Positions 8,961 to 18,458 of a DNA stretch of 64,000 bases are shown here, one piece after another. The notes below the pieces were generated by a model, which made no database searches, was not told the DNA's origin, and worked only from the letters and a program-made list of their open reading frames with translations. The stretch's first letter is position 1, and every line of letters begins with the position of its first letter. Both the position numbers and the translations under genes were made by a program. The DNA is from an uncultured Clostridiaceae bacterium (GTDB taxonomy: Bacteria > Bacillota_I > Bacilli_A > RFN20 > CAG-288): the NCBI GenBank assembly GCA_964427595.1, contig CAYRUQ010000003.1, forward strand, positions 1,852-65,851, given 5' to 3'.

Positions 8961-10040
8961 TCAATAGTAGACCCTCTTCTTAGAGACGGCTAGTTGAATG
9001 ACAGTGAAGACGAGGATGACAGCGAAGAGGAAGACGGCGGCTGCGGCCGCATAAGAGGTGTGGCTGGTCATGTTATCGTAGATGTAGTAAACGATCGTGT
9101 ACATGTTATAAGAACCGCTTAAGGTACCAGGGTTGTTGAACAAGGCGACGATCGATGAGTATTCCTTAAACGCACCGATGAATGAGGTGACGACGATATA
9201 TAAGATCTGTGGTGACATCAGAGGAACAGTGATCCTCCATAAGGTCTTTCTCTTGGAAGCACCATCGACTTTAGCAGCGTTGTAGTACTGAGCATCGATA
9301 CCTTGTAAACCGGAGAGAAAGACTAAAATCTTAAATGGGATATCAGACCAGATGATATAGATACAAAGAGGGATCATAGCTACATATTGATCAGCACCGG
9401 TGATCCAAACCGTATCTAAACCGAAGAGGTAGTTGATGATACCATTGTCATCAAACATGACGGAGAAGACCATACCGATAGCGATCGTATTAGTGACATA
9501 AGGTAAGAAGAAGACTGTTTGTAAGAATTTCTTAAACCAAGTAAGTGAGTTTAAAGCGACTGATATCAACAAAGCGATAGTAGTGGAGAGAGGGACAGTG
9601 ACAAAGACGATGATGAAGGTGTTAGGGATAGCATATTGAACGAAGTTTTGTTCATAACCGCCACCGGATGTCATCGTGATACCGAAGATGATTCCGAAGT
9701 TATCTAAGGTGAAACCGGAAGAAGTGAAGGTGATCTGATCGTAATCTTTCATGAAGGCGATGACTATCGTATTGATCAAAGGATAGAGAAGGAAGATGAC
9801 GAGAAGAATCAAAACCGGTCCTAAATAGAGCCAAGCCTTCCAGTTGTTATTAGAAGCAGTATCCTGAATACCAGTGATCTTATATGGTTTCTTCTTGCTA
9901 GAAGAAGGATCAACGAGTCTGATGATCGTATTACTTTCACTAGAAAAACCATCAACAATATCCGGACGCTCTTCGAAGTAATCGTTAGCAGCGGTGAGAC
10001 TCACCTGCTCACGAAGGACTTGTTCCTGTTCCATTATCAC
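8961..10040 (-). CDS. ABC transporter permease (MalF/UgpA-like)
   Basis: Multi-TM protein with EAA-loop YNAAKVDGASKRKTLWRITVPLMSP. GTG start. Confidence 0.85.
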   Translation of the reverse strand: MIMEQEQVLREQVSLTAANDYFEERPDIVDGFSSESNTIIRLVDPSSSKKKPYKITGIQDTASNNNWKAWLYLGPVLILLVIFLLYPLINTIVIAFMKDYDQITFTSSGFTLDNFGIIFGITMTSGGGYEQNFVQYAIPNTFIIVFVTVPLSTTIALLISVALNSLTWFKKFLQTVFFLPYVTNTIAIGMVFSVMFDDNGIINYLFGLDTVWITGADQYVAMIPLCIYIIWSDIPFKILVFLSGLQGIDAQYYNAAKVDGASKRKTLWRITVPLMSPQILYIVVTSFIGAFKEYSSIVALFNNPGTLSGSYNMYTIVYYIYDNMTSHTSYAAAAAVFLFAVILVFTVIQLAVSKKRVYY

Positions 10041-10044
10041 GTCC

Positions 10045-11976
10045 TCAATCTATATAGATTCTCTGCTCAGTCTCGTGATTGAAGATGAAGAATTTATCCT
10101 CTTTCAAGCTTAATTGAACTCTGCCATGAGAGACTTGCTGATCAGATGAGACGACGATCTTGAAGGAAGTCTTAGTGCACTCCTTATGAGTGGCGACGAC
10201 AAACATATCACGTCCTAAGACCTGAAGCATGTCAACATCAGCATGGAAACCGAGTTGTTGAGTATCAGCAAGAGCGACATTCATACCTTCAGGACGGATA
10301 GCGACATAGACTTCTTGATCATCGATCTGTTTATTCAATTCATAAACTTTCTCATCACCGATATATAAGGCATTACCAGTGATACGGCCATTGAAGACAT
10401 TGATAGGCGGAGTTCCTAAGAACTGAGCGACGAAGAGGTTAGCCGGTTGATTGTAGACATTTTGAGGAGAATCGATCTGTTGTTCTTCACCGAGCTTCAT
10501 AACGACGATCTTATCGGAGATAGACATAGCTTCTTCCTGATCGTGAGTGACGAAGACGGTGGTGATACCGGTATCTCTTTGAATTCTCTTGATCTCTTCT
10601 CTAGTTTGAAGTCTCAAACGAGCATCCAAGTTAGAGAGAGGTTCATCAAGTAATAAAACTTTAGGTTTCTTGACTAAGGCTCTAGCGATAGCGACACGCT
10701 GTTGTTGACCACCGGAGAGCTGAGACGGTTTTCTTTCAAGATATTCTTCAACCTGAACGAGTTTAGCAGTCTCTTCAACGATCTCTTTACGCTCTTCTTT
10801 GGTTAAGAGTCTATGAGTGATAGCAGTCTTTGCATCGGTGACGATGTTCTCTAAAAGAAGTTCTTCTTTTAAATACTCAACCGCTTCTCTAGCAGCTTCT
10901 TCATTGATCTTCTTTAAGATGATGAAGAAACGGCGTTGACCATTTTCATAATAAAGTTTCAGATCGGAATAGTGATATCTTCTCTTTCTGAGAGTGAGCT
11001 TGAGATCATTGGTGAACTCAGCATCAACGACATCACTGACACCAAAGGAAGTCTCAGTGAATTCGACTGCGTCACAGACGGCTCTCTTGAAGTCTTCTAA
11101 TTGAATAGTTAAAACACCTCTGATACGAGCGACGATCTCATAACAGACTTTAGCTTTGAAGATGGTGATGGATTCGACATGTCCGTACTCAGACATAGCC
11201 GCTCTTTCAGCTTTGATGTACTCATCGATATGGTCAGTGGTGAAACTTAAAGGAAGATGACCGATGAAGTTGATGGTTGATTTTTCTTTCTCACTGACAC
11301 GAGTGACATCAGCTCTGATCTTGATATCATATAAAGCTTCACTAGCTTGTTCTTCTTCATACTCTTCACTATCAGGATGGATGATATGTTCTCTGAAGTT
11401 ATCTAAGAAGAGATCTTTGTTCTCAGCCGAGACAGAGAGAAGGTCAATCTTTAAGTTTAAAACTTCTCCGTCAGTTTCTTCTTCGATATCAGAAGAGACG
11501 ATTTTATAATTCTTTTTCTTCAAGCCTAAGCGACCGATCAAGGATTTGACACTAGCTAAGATTCCATCGACATCATCCTCTTCCTTCATCTTGTAAGTGT
11601 AGTTGATATGGTAGTTGTAGAAAGTGACGAGAGGAACTTCAACCTTGAGGTTGGTGAGTGGGAATTCAATGTTCTTATAAATTGTCATGTGAGGATAGAG
11701 AGCATAATTTTGGAAGACAAGACCGATACCTCTCTTCTCGGGAGGGAGGTTAGTGACTTCTTGATCACCAAACCACACTTCACCAGAAGTAGGTTTTAAA
11801 AGTCCAGAAATCATGTATAAGGTAGTGGATTTACCACAACCAGAAGGTCCGAGAAGACCGACTAATTTTCCATCTGGGACCTCGAAGTCTAAGTTATTGA
11901 CAGCGATGGTATCACGAATGTTCTTCTTAGAGTCACCGGGGAATATTTTGGTGAGATTCTTCAGTTTGATTTCCAT
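10045..11976 (-). CDS. ABC transporter ATP-binding protein (MalK/UgpC type) with an insertion of about 280 aa in the helical subdomain
   Basis: Walker [11 protein letters not shown]-loop [12 protein letters not shown], signature [15 protein letters not shown], Walker [13 protein letters not shown]-loop VTHDQEEA, and a C-terminal TOBE-like tail. Residues ~113-390 separate the Q-loop from the signature motif. Confidence 0.9.
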   Translation of the reverse strand: MEIKLKNLTKIFPGDSKKNIRDTIAVNNLDFEVPDGKLVGLLGPSGCGKSTTLYMISGLLKPTSGEVWFGDQEVTNLPPEKRGIGLVFQNYALYPHMTIYKNIEFPLTNLKVEVPLVTFYNYHINYTYKMKEEDDVDGILASVKSLIGRLGLKKKNYKIVSSDIEEETDGEVLNLKIDLLSVSAENKDLFLDNFREHIIHPDSEEYEEEQASEALYDIKIRADVTRVSEKEKSTINFIGHLPLSFTTDHIDEYIKAERAAMSEYGHVESITIFKAKVCYEIVARIRGVLTIQLEDFKRAVCDAVEFTETSFGVSDVVDAEFTNDLKLTLRKRRYHYSDLKLYYENGQRRFFIILKKINEEAAREAVEYLKEELLLENIVTDAKTAITHRLLTKEERKEIVEETAKLVQVEEYLERKPSQLSGGQQQRVAIARALVKKPKVLLLDEPLSNLDARLRLQTREEIKRIQRDTGITTVFVTHDQEEAMSISDKIVVMKLGEEQQIDSPQNVYNQPANLFVAQFLGTPPINVFNGRITGNALYIGDEKVYELNKQIDDQEVYVAIRPEGMNVALADTQQLGFHADVDMLQVLGRDMFVVATHKECTKTSFKIVVSSDQQVSHGRVQLSLKEDKFFIFNHETEQRIYID

Positions 11977-11995
11977 AATTCTGTCTCCTGATCTC

Positions 11996-13534
11996 TTAAT
12001 TAGTTCCGTCGTCTTCTACATCATTATCTAATTGGAGCTTCTCTTTCATTCTTCTTTCTAGGTAATTCTTGATGGCTAGATAGAAGAATTTAGCGAAGTA
12101 TCCGATGAAGATGATTCCTATGATCGATAGACATACGATGTAGTTATCTAATGGGTTATAAGTAGATAGTGCACTTGCGATGAAACCGACACGATAGACG
12201 ATTATCAAGATATCCATCAACAGCACTGTCACCGCTAAATATCCGAGGATATTAGTCTTGAAGAATCTCTTCGGTTGAACTCTCTTAAATTCATCGTTCT
12301 TATATTTGTTAGAGAAATAGAAGTAGGCGACGATGATTCCAGCGATATAAACAGCAGAGAACACGAAGAGAATGATTAATAAGTTAAATAAAACATTGTG
12401 GAAGAAAACATTAGAGAAGTCATCATCTTCAACTTCAAAGTAGATGGAGCCAAATCTAGTCGTATAGATAGAAGAATTAAGCTCAGCTAAAGTGTCATTA
12501 TTGATGATGCTGATCTTGAAAGAACTACTGCACAATGAGACGCCAGTTAAACCATCTAAATTGATGTTTTCAACTAACATATGAACGACGGTATCACCTT
12601 CATCAACCGTGAAGGAAGTGGTCTGAGCATAGTCATCATAAACATAGACAGTTTCCATCGAATCGTCTTCATAAGCTAAAAGCAGATAAGCAGAGTTCAT
12701 ATTAGTGAAGGTGAATTGATAGGAATAAGTACCTCTTGCTAAATAGCCTTGATTAGTCTCATAAGCACTGGAGCTAGACATCTGCTCTGTATAAAGGTCG
12801 ACAGTGTTGTTATGAACCGTAAATGTAAAAGAAACATATCTACCAAGTGTGGACACGTAGTCCATACTAGCGGATATGTATTGTGTCAAATCAATATTAG
12901 TAGAGCCAGCTGTAGAGTAGCTGAAGTAATCTTCAGAAGAATCAATGTAATAAGATTGCTCGCCAGGATAATAGTTGGTGCCATCAGTAGCGATTTCAAA
13001 AACGTTATAGAAAACAAGAGAGCCATCGATGATAGAATCGCCGGGATTGATGAAGAGATCGATAGTGACAGAAATATAAGTGTCGAAATGATCTCCTAAG
13101 CCCTGATAAGCGATATTACCAGTGCTAGACTTTTCAATCTCGGACTCTCTTTGAATCTGCTCTCCATCATCAGTAGTGACGTAATAGCTGACGGTAAAAG
13201 GAAGATAAAGACCATCATCTTCAGATCCATAATATCCCAACGTAAAATCACCACTACTTGAGCCGCATCTAAATGTTATTTGATATGACTGACAGGTGTC
13301 ACTATGGTTTTGACTAGTGACAGTGGCAGTAAAATTAGGAGCTATTTCAGTGATATCTAAGGCATCCTCTTGGACCCCTTTAATATCAGAAGAATCAATC
13401 AACTGTCGTTGCCCAGAAACCTCAAGACGAGTGCCGAAATCTGAGCAATAATTACTAATGGGCACAAAACAAATCAGCAACAGAGACATAATCAGAAGGC
13501 GAACTGAAGACAGCAGACGCTTTTTTCGTTTCAT
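11996..13534 (-). CDS. Membrane protein, function unknown (signal peptide, ~370 aa exodomain, 4 C-terminal TM helices)
   Basis: 512-aa ORF with GAGGA upstream of the ATG. N-terminal hydrophobic signal. Stop lies 19 nt before the ATPase start. Confidence 0.6.
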   Translation of the reverse strand: MKRKKRLLSSVRLLIMSLLLICFVPISNYCSDFGTRLEVSGQRQLIDSSDIKGVQEDALDITEIAPNFTATVTSQNHSDTCQSYQITFRCGSSSGDFTLGYYGSEDDGLYLPFTVSYYVTTDDGEQIQRESEIEKSSTGNIAYQGLGDHFDTYISVTIDLFINPGDSIIDGSLVFYNVFEIATDGTNYYPGEQSYYIDSSEDYFSYSTAGSTNIDLTQYISASMDYVSTLGRYVSFTFTVHNNTVDLYTEQMSSSSAYETNQGYLARGTYSYQFTFTNMNSAYLLLAYEDDSMETVYVYDDYAQTTSFTVDEGDTVVHMLVENINLDGLTGVSLCSSSFKISIINNDTLAELNSSIYTTRFGSIYFEVEDDDFSNVFFHNVLFNLLIILFVFSAVYIAGIIVAYFYFSNKYKNDEFKRVQPKRFFKTNILGYLAVTVLLMDILIIVYRVGFIASALSTYNPLDNYIVCLSIIGIIFIGYFAKFFYLAIKNYLERRMKEKLQLDNDVEDDGTN

Positions 13535-13941
13535 TGACTAGTCCTCAACACATTGATTATATAAATTATGCACCAAACAATAGACATCTCCTTGATATCT
13601 ACTCACTTCATTATAAATGTTTTCAAGTAAATGCAAAAGTTCTTTTCTTTAGGAAGCCCTTTCATAAAAAATTATCTAAAATCGATTAAAATCGGCGGTT
13701 TTTATCATTTTTCCTTCAGTTGATTAAAACATTGTTCAATTTTAGTGAGACTTCAATGTTAAAACCTTTTCTTCTCTAACCTTATTTATATATAGTGATA
13801 CTTCTAATCAATTTTAATAAACTTGACAAAACCTCTCTGCTATCTGATCATTTTTACTATTTTGTTTGCTTATGTATATAACGCAACAAACAAGATAGAA
13901 TGTCAATTTCAAATTATTAGTAGACATCTTTTCTCTATGGC

Positions 13942-14461
13942 TTATATCTGATCTTTAGGAAGAGTTTGAACATTTAAAACTTGCTTGAAATGAGTGAAAA
14001 TATCTTCGACTATTTGATTTGCTTGTTCGACAGTTATAAATCCTTTAAGAAAATGAGACATACAGATAACAAGTGACGCACAAGTGATTCTTTTATGTGT
14101 GACTAATGTTTTATAGCTGATCTCAAAATAGCTTTCTAAATATCTGCTTATCCATCTCATATACTCTTCAATTTCGCCAGTAACTATCTGCTGCCGATGA
14201 ACTTTTTGAAAGAGAAAAAGCCTATAGACTCTCTCTTCAAAGCTGATATCTGTTTTATGTCTTTCAACATAATCATTCAGAAGTTTATTGATGGAAGAAA
14301 AATAAAAATCTTTCTTTGACTCATAATGTTTGAAAAAGTGGTCTTTGAAATACCAACTTCTTTAATCAAGTCATTAATGGTGCATTCCCTAAAGTAAGTG
14401 ATTTGATAAAAGACTGATAAAGCCTTTCATCAATATTGGATACATGTTTACTTTTCCCCAT
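13942..14461 (-). pseudogene. TetR-family regulator disrupted by two single-nt frameshifts
   Basis: Three frames join into one TetR-like protein: MGKSKHVSNIDERLYQSFIKSLT / RECTINDLIKEVGISKTTF / FKHYESKKDFYFSS...MRWISRY... The HTH is split. The second shift sits in a T5 run where T6 would restore the frame. Confidence 0.7.
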
Positions 14462-14519
14462 AAAGTAAATTCCTTTGTCTAATACAGAAATTATACTTTA
14501 GAAAATGGAGGAGTAGAGC

Positions 14520-14867
14520 ATGAATAAAACGAGTTTTAGAATTAAACAACTCTCTGATTTGACAGGCATTCCTGTCGAAAAACTCTATCAATATGATGCT
14601 GGAGAAGATGTTTTAATTACACAAGAAAAAGAAGAGTTACACAAGGCCAAAAAAGAACTCAATATCAAAAAAGTCAATGTCGCTCTGGTTCTTGTTTTCT
14701 TTTTGAGTTGTGTGCTTATCCTTATAGGAATGCTTTGTTTTATAGCAATCGGCCTAATCACTTACACTAATTTAGTATTATTCAATCTCTCTTATCTAGC
14801 AATAGTAGGAATCGTGGTAGCTGTAGCTAGTATCATCGCTTATTTAATAATCAACATTAAAAAATAG
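14520..14867 (+). CDS. Small membrane protein with an N-terminal HTH-like segment
   Basis: GGAGGAG SD. N-terminus IKQLSDLTGIPVEKLYQYD, then a charged helix, then two TM helices. Transcribed divergently from the TetR pseudogene. Confidence 0.5.
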   Translation: MNKTSFRIKQLSDLTGIPVEKLYQYDAGEDVLITQEKEELHKAKKELNIKKVNVALVLVFFLSCVLILIGMLCFIAIGLITYTNLVLFNLSYLAIVGIVVAVASIIAYLIINIKK

Positions 14868-14890
14868 CTTAAAAGTTGTTTTTATCTTTT

Positions 14891-15940
14891 TTATTTATCT
14901 TCGTCTAAAGATATATTTCTAAATTGAATCGGAGTTTTATTAATCTTGATGTTATCAATCTCAGCTTCTTCTTTACTGAGATAAATCTTATCTTTAGAAA
15001 CATCAACCTGTTGAGTGCCAGTCATGTATTGAGCAAAATCCTGTTTCTTTTTGGTGACGACCATGACAGTGATAGAAAGAAGAAGCGGAACAGCTAAGGC
15101 TAAGAAAGAAAGCCAGATTTCCAAGACTATTTGAAAGACGGCGTATAACAAAAACTTCTTAGTCTTAACAGCCAACAAGTCACTATTAATTAGACCGATT
15201 TTATAAGCTCTCATACCGAGAGTCTGTCTAGTTCTTCTAAAAATCAAAGGAGGAACTAAATAAACGAGAAGAGAGCTTAAAACGACAGCGACTGGTAGCT
15301 CAATAAGCAAAACAACATAATTGAGATAATTAGTATAGTCATAATAATTAGGGAAATAACTTATAAGAAATCCTCTTAAATAACTATCGATAAAAGGAAC
15401 ATAGATATACTCGGTATAATCGGAGTATCCACCTCTGAATGATGAGTTTTTAACTATTTCTCCATCTTCGATGACGAAAAGATACTCCTCACTGACAGTG
15501 ACATCGAGTCTGTATTCATCATAAATTGCAGACATATAATCGTAGTTCTCTTGAGACATCTCTCCACTTTCAGTAAGTTCTAATGCGTAAGAAAAGAATT
15601 GATTGATAACCTTCTCAAGATTATTCATGATCTGGCTGGCTGAATAAGTATCAGTATCGTTGTAATACTCAGTAGCTTCTTCTAATCCATCATCAGTCTC
15701 AACATAAACACCGCTAGAGACCATCATCTCTTGTAAGCCAGTATAGACTTCTTGATAATAGTCGCTAGATTGAACAATCGCTCTAGCCGAGATGAAAAAG
15801 AGAATTCCTACAAGAGCAAACAAAAGGAGGTCGATGATCTTGGCAAAGACCTTTTTATATGTCTTAGCTCTGGTATAACGGACATTAAGCTCAACATTTT
15901 GAGCTTTCGGTCTCACTTCATAAATATCTTGTTCAGCCAT
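14891..15940 (-). CDS. RDD-family membrane protein (paralog B) with a large acidic/Tyr-rich extracytoplasmic insert
   Basis: Motifs KKVFAKIIDLLLFALVG (TM1), RRTRQTLGMRAYKIGLI, and C-terminal QDFAQYMTGTQQV. Its ATG overlaps the upstream stop (TGATG). Confidence 0.65.
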   Translation of the reverse strand: MAEQDIYEVRPKAQNVELNVRYTRAKTYKKVFAKIIDLLLFALVGILFFISARAIVQSSDYYQEVYTGLQEMMVSSGVYVETDDGLEEATEYYNDTDTYSASQIMNNLEKVINQFFSYALELTESGEMSQENYDYMSAIYDEYRLDVTVSEEYLFVIEDGEIVKNSSFRGGYSDYTEYIYVPFIDSYLRGFLISYFPNYYDYTNYLNYVVLLIELPVAVVLSSLLVYLVPPLIFRRTRQTLGMRAYKIGLINSDLLAVKTKKFLLYAVFQIVLEIWLSFLALAVPLLLSITVMVVTKKKQDFAQYMTGTQQVDVSKDKIYLSKEEAEIDNIKINKTPIQFRNISLDEDK

Positions 15941-17064
15941 CAGATCATATATCCTTTACTGGCATAAATCTTCTCTAAATCATCGGTCGAAATCAAGACG
16001 GTCTTGGAGATAAAATCTCCAAGCGTCCTATGATAGTGATTACAGAATATGAAGATAAACGAAGCTAGAACTAAAACAAGTGAAATCAAAGAGAGATAGA
16101 AAAGATAAGGTAGACTGAAGACTGTTGCGATATCGATATACATGACGGGAACTAACATAATCAGAGGTAAACACATGACCATCTGATAGAACGAATATAA
16201 GATTCGATCTCTCCTCTTTAAAATCTTGAAGTTTTCCATCACTACTCTCTCTCTTCTTAAAGCCATCATCGGGATAGTCTTTCCTCTTCTAGAGACTACT
16301 GGTATGACTAAAAAGTAGATGACAGAACCTAAGAAGTAAGAGATATAAGTACAATAGACTGATATCATGTTCATCTGATAAGTCAGTTCATCATTTTGAT
16401 CATCAAGGACTCGATACTGATATAAAGGCGACTCAGAAGTTATCTTCTCAGAATCTAATATCACATACATCATCTCAGAATAGATGTTAGCGAAGAAGCT
16501 TTGGATGAAATAGTTATAGGCGCTTTGAGCAGTCGAAGAAAGAGAGTCATTCTCATCTAACAGAGGACTGAAACTAGTTTTATAAGAATCACTTAAAACG
16601 ATGCTCTCCCCAGTGTAATCAAAGAATCCATAAGAATCATATTCTTGAAGTAAGTTCTTAACTGCATCTACATCCTCTCCCAAGTAATCAATATAGAAAA
16701 GAGAAAAATAATCAGGTTCATAAGTTTCTTCTAAAAAACCTATCAAATAAGCATTTGCACTAAATTCAAGAGAAGTGGTTATGTTGTATTTATCAGCGCT
16801 ATCATCATTTTCATCGTAATCGAGAAGATAGTTATCATAAAGGATATCTAGTCTTTCGACTTGATTTTCATACAGTTTTTCTTGATAACTGTCATATCCA
16901 CCGACTATCTTACCGATAGGATAGACAGCGACTGAAAAAAGAATTAAAGCTACAAAAAAGTTGAGGAAGAGATCGGCTAAGTAAACTAGCATTCTCTTTC
17001 CTTTGGTAAGCGGTGATATATCTAGATATTTCGGATTGACTTGATCGATGACTTCTTCGCTCAT
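15940..17064 (-). CDS. RDD-family membrane protein (paralog A) with a large acidic/Tyr-rich extracytoplasmic insert
   Basis: Motifs GKRMLVYLADLFLNF (TM1), SRRGKTIPMMALRRERV, and C-terminal HRTLGDFISKTVLIS. Its ATG overlaps the SIR2-like gene stop (ATGA at 17061-17064). Confidence 0.65.
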   Translation of the reverse strand: MSEEVIDQVNPKYLDISPLTKGKRMLVYLADLFLNFFVALILFSVAVYPIGKIVGGYDSYQEKLYENQVERLDILYDNYLLDYDENDDSADKYNITTSLEFSANAYLIGFLEETYEPDYFSLFYIDYLGEDVDAVKNLLQEYDSYGFFDYTGESIVLSDSYKTSFSPLLDENDSLSSTAQSAYNYFIQSFFANIYSEMMYVILDSEKITSESPLYQYRVLDDQNDELTYQMNMISVYCTYISYFLGSVIYFLVIPVVSRRGKTIPMMALRRERVVMENFKILKRRDRILYSFYQMVMCLPLIMLVPVMYIDIATVFSLPYLFYLSLISLVLVLASFIFIFCNHYHRTLGDFISKTVLISTDDLEKIYASKGYMI

Positions 17065-18353
17065 AAAGCCTCCAGATAATCAGCTATCTCAGAATATTCA
17101 TCAACCCAGATGACGATCAAATCAAAAGTGAAGAAATAAGATGTTAAATCTCTGAAAGTCGTCTCTGAGAATCCTTTTTTCTTTTTTAAGAAGATGAAGT
17201 TGAACTTTAAAGAATTAACAGCTAGTTCAAGAAGTCTCTTCATGTCAGGATCAGTTAAAGAGATACCGATAAAAAGACAGGTGTTGAACTTGAAGTCATG
17301 AAGCTGTTTAGCGTTATTCCATGAGTAAGGATTGTTATAAAGATAGTAGTATTCACTTTCATTGAAGATTAAGGACTCCGTGTAATTCTTCTCATCATAT
17401 TTATCGTAAGGAAGAAGCCCATGGACATGAAAGATATCCGCTTTCGCCTTCATATTGACGAATGAAGAATCATTATAAGTGGTGTTATAAGAGATTCCTC
17501 TCTTCTTAAGAAGATATTCTAAATTGGTATCGTAATTGTAAGTGATGACGGAAGTATGTCTGTGTTTCTTGATGTAGTTAACACAGTGTGAAAGAGTCGA
17601 GTCTTGGTCATCAAAACTTTTAGCCTGTGAGAACTTATAAAGTTCTCTATTAAGAGATTTAAACGAATCAAATCCGGTCGTCTCTAAAACCATCGGATCT
17701 GTAAATAATTCTTTTCCAACATAAGTCTTGATCTCAGAAGCATAGCGATAATCGCCTTTATAAAACTCGTTGTTCAAAGCTTCGATAAGACCAGGCCAAG
17801 ACTTAGCTCCATAATCTTCATTGATACCAGCACCGATGACAAGATCAGTATGAATTTGATATGTGTAAAGCTTTAAAACCCACAATAAGAAAGAAGGTGC
17901 TGAGGTGTTTAAACCGACAAGTTCAGGATCGCTGATGAAGTAATAAAGAAGGCTATCAGTGATATCATCTTCGGCCTTAGAAAGTTTATAAGAGATCTCT
18001 CTTCCTTCTATCTTTCCTAAGGAGACGAAAGAGGCTCCATCAAAATAGATATTTAAAGCTTTCGAAGGAGTGTCATATTCTTTCTCTTCGATATTCTTAA
18101 CTTTGATGATGTTGACATTTCCCATCTCATCAATCACTTCATCACCATCGTTGATGATGCGACAAGAGTACTTGTGATAGTGGTTGTGTTTAGAAGTGAT
18201 GATAGCTTTGAAATTACAACCAACTCCAAATTGGAAACCGAAAGATCTTAAAACGATAGCATCATAAGAAACATCAGCAAGATAGTACAGAAAAAGGAGA
18301 ACTAATAAGCTTCTCTTTTCAAAAATATATGCTTCTCTATCTGTTTTGCCCAT
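17061..18353 (-). CDS. SIR2_2/ThsA-like (putative NADase) protein with an unknown N-terminal domain of about 170 aa
   Basis: Ordered motifs LVIGAGINEDYGAKSWPGL, VITYNYDTNLE (Asn277), IFHVHG (His315), LFIGISLTDPDMKRLL. Residue numbers follow the ORF-track TTG start at 18365. The ATG at 18353 is preferred as the start. Confidence 0.7.
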   Translation of the reverse strand: MGKTDREAYIFEKRSLLVLLFLYYLADVSYDAIVLRSFGFQFGVGCNFKAIITSKHNHYHKYSCRIINDGDEVIDEMGNVNIIKVKNIEEKEYDTPSKALNIYFDGASFVSLGKIEGREISYKLSKAEDDITDSLLYYFISDPELVGLNTSAPSFLLWVLKLYTYQIHTDLVIGAGINEDYGAKSWPGLIEALNNEFYKGDYRYASEIKTYVGKELFTDPMVLETTGFDSFKSLNRELYKFSQAKSFDDQDSTLSHCVNYIKKHRHTSVITYNYDTNLEYLLKKRGISYNTTYNDSSFVNMKAKADIFHVHGLLPYDKYDEKNYTESLIFNESEYYYLYNNPYSWNNAKQLHDFKFNTCLFIGISLTDPDMKRLLELAVNSLKFNFIFLKKKKGFSETTFRDLTSYFFTFDLIVIWVDEYSEIADYLEAL

Positions 18354-18370
18354 CGTTTGAACCAAAGAAT

Positions 18371-18379
18371 ATTATAACA
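18371..18379 (-). promoter_or_regulatory. Extended -10 element (TGTTATAAT) for the SIR2-like operon
   Basis: TGnTATAAT lies 17 nt upstream of the ATG at 18353. There is no SD, which implies a very short leader. Confidence 0.4.
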
Positions 18380-18458
18380 TCTGTTAAAAACACTATCAGT
18401 ACGTTTTACTGACGATGATAAAACTATCTTGAGAATAAGAATCTCTTATTTCTTAGAT

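Noticed and set aside
13535-13600. 18-codon upstream ORF ([18 protein letters not shown]) whose TGA overlaps the ATG at 13534
   Set aside because: Its ATG directly abuts AAGGAG with zero spacing, so initiation is unlikely. It is probably a chance ORF in the leader.
14891-18365. Classifying the SIR2-like operon as Thoeris, SIR2-HerA, a pAgo-associated SIR2 or DSR
   Set aside because: There is no TIR (ThsB), HerA ATPase, Argonaute or STAND gene within the islet or elsewhere in the window. The protein (~430 aa) is far smaller than DSR proteins and lacks a SLOG domain as far as I can see.
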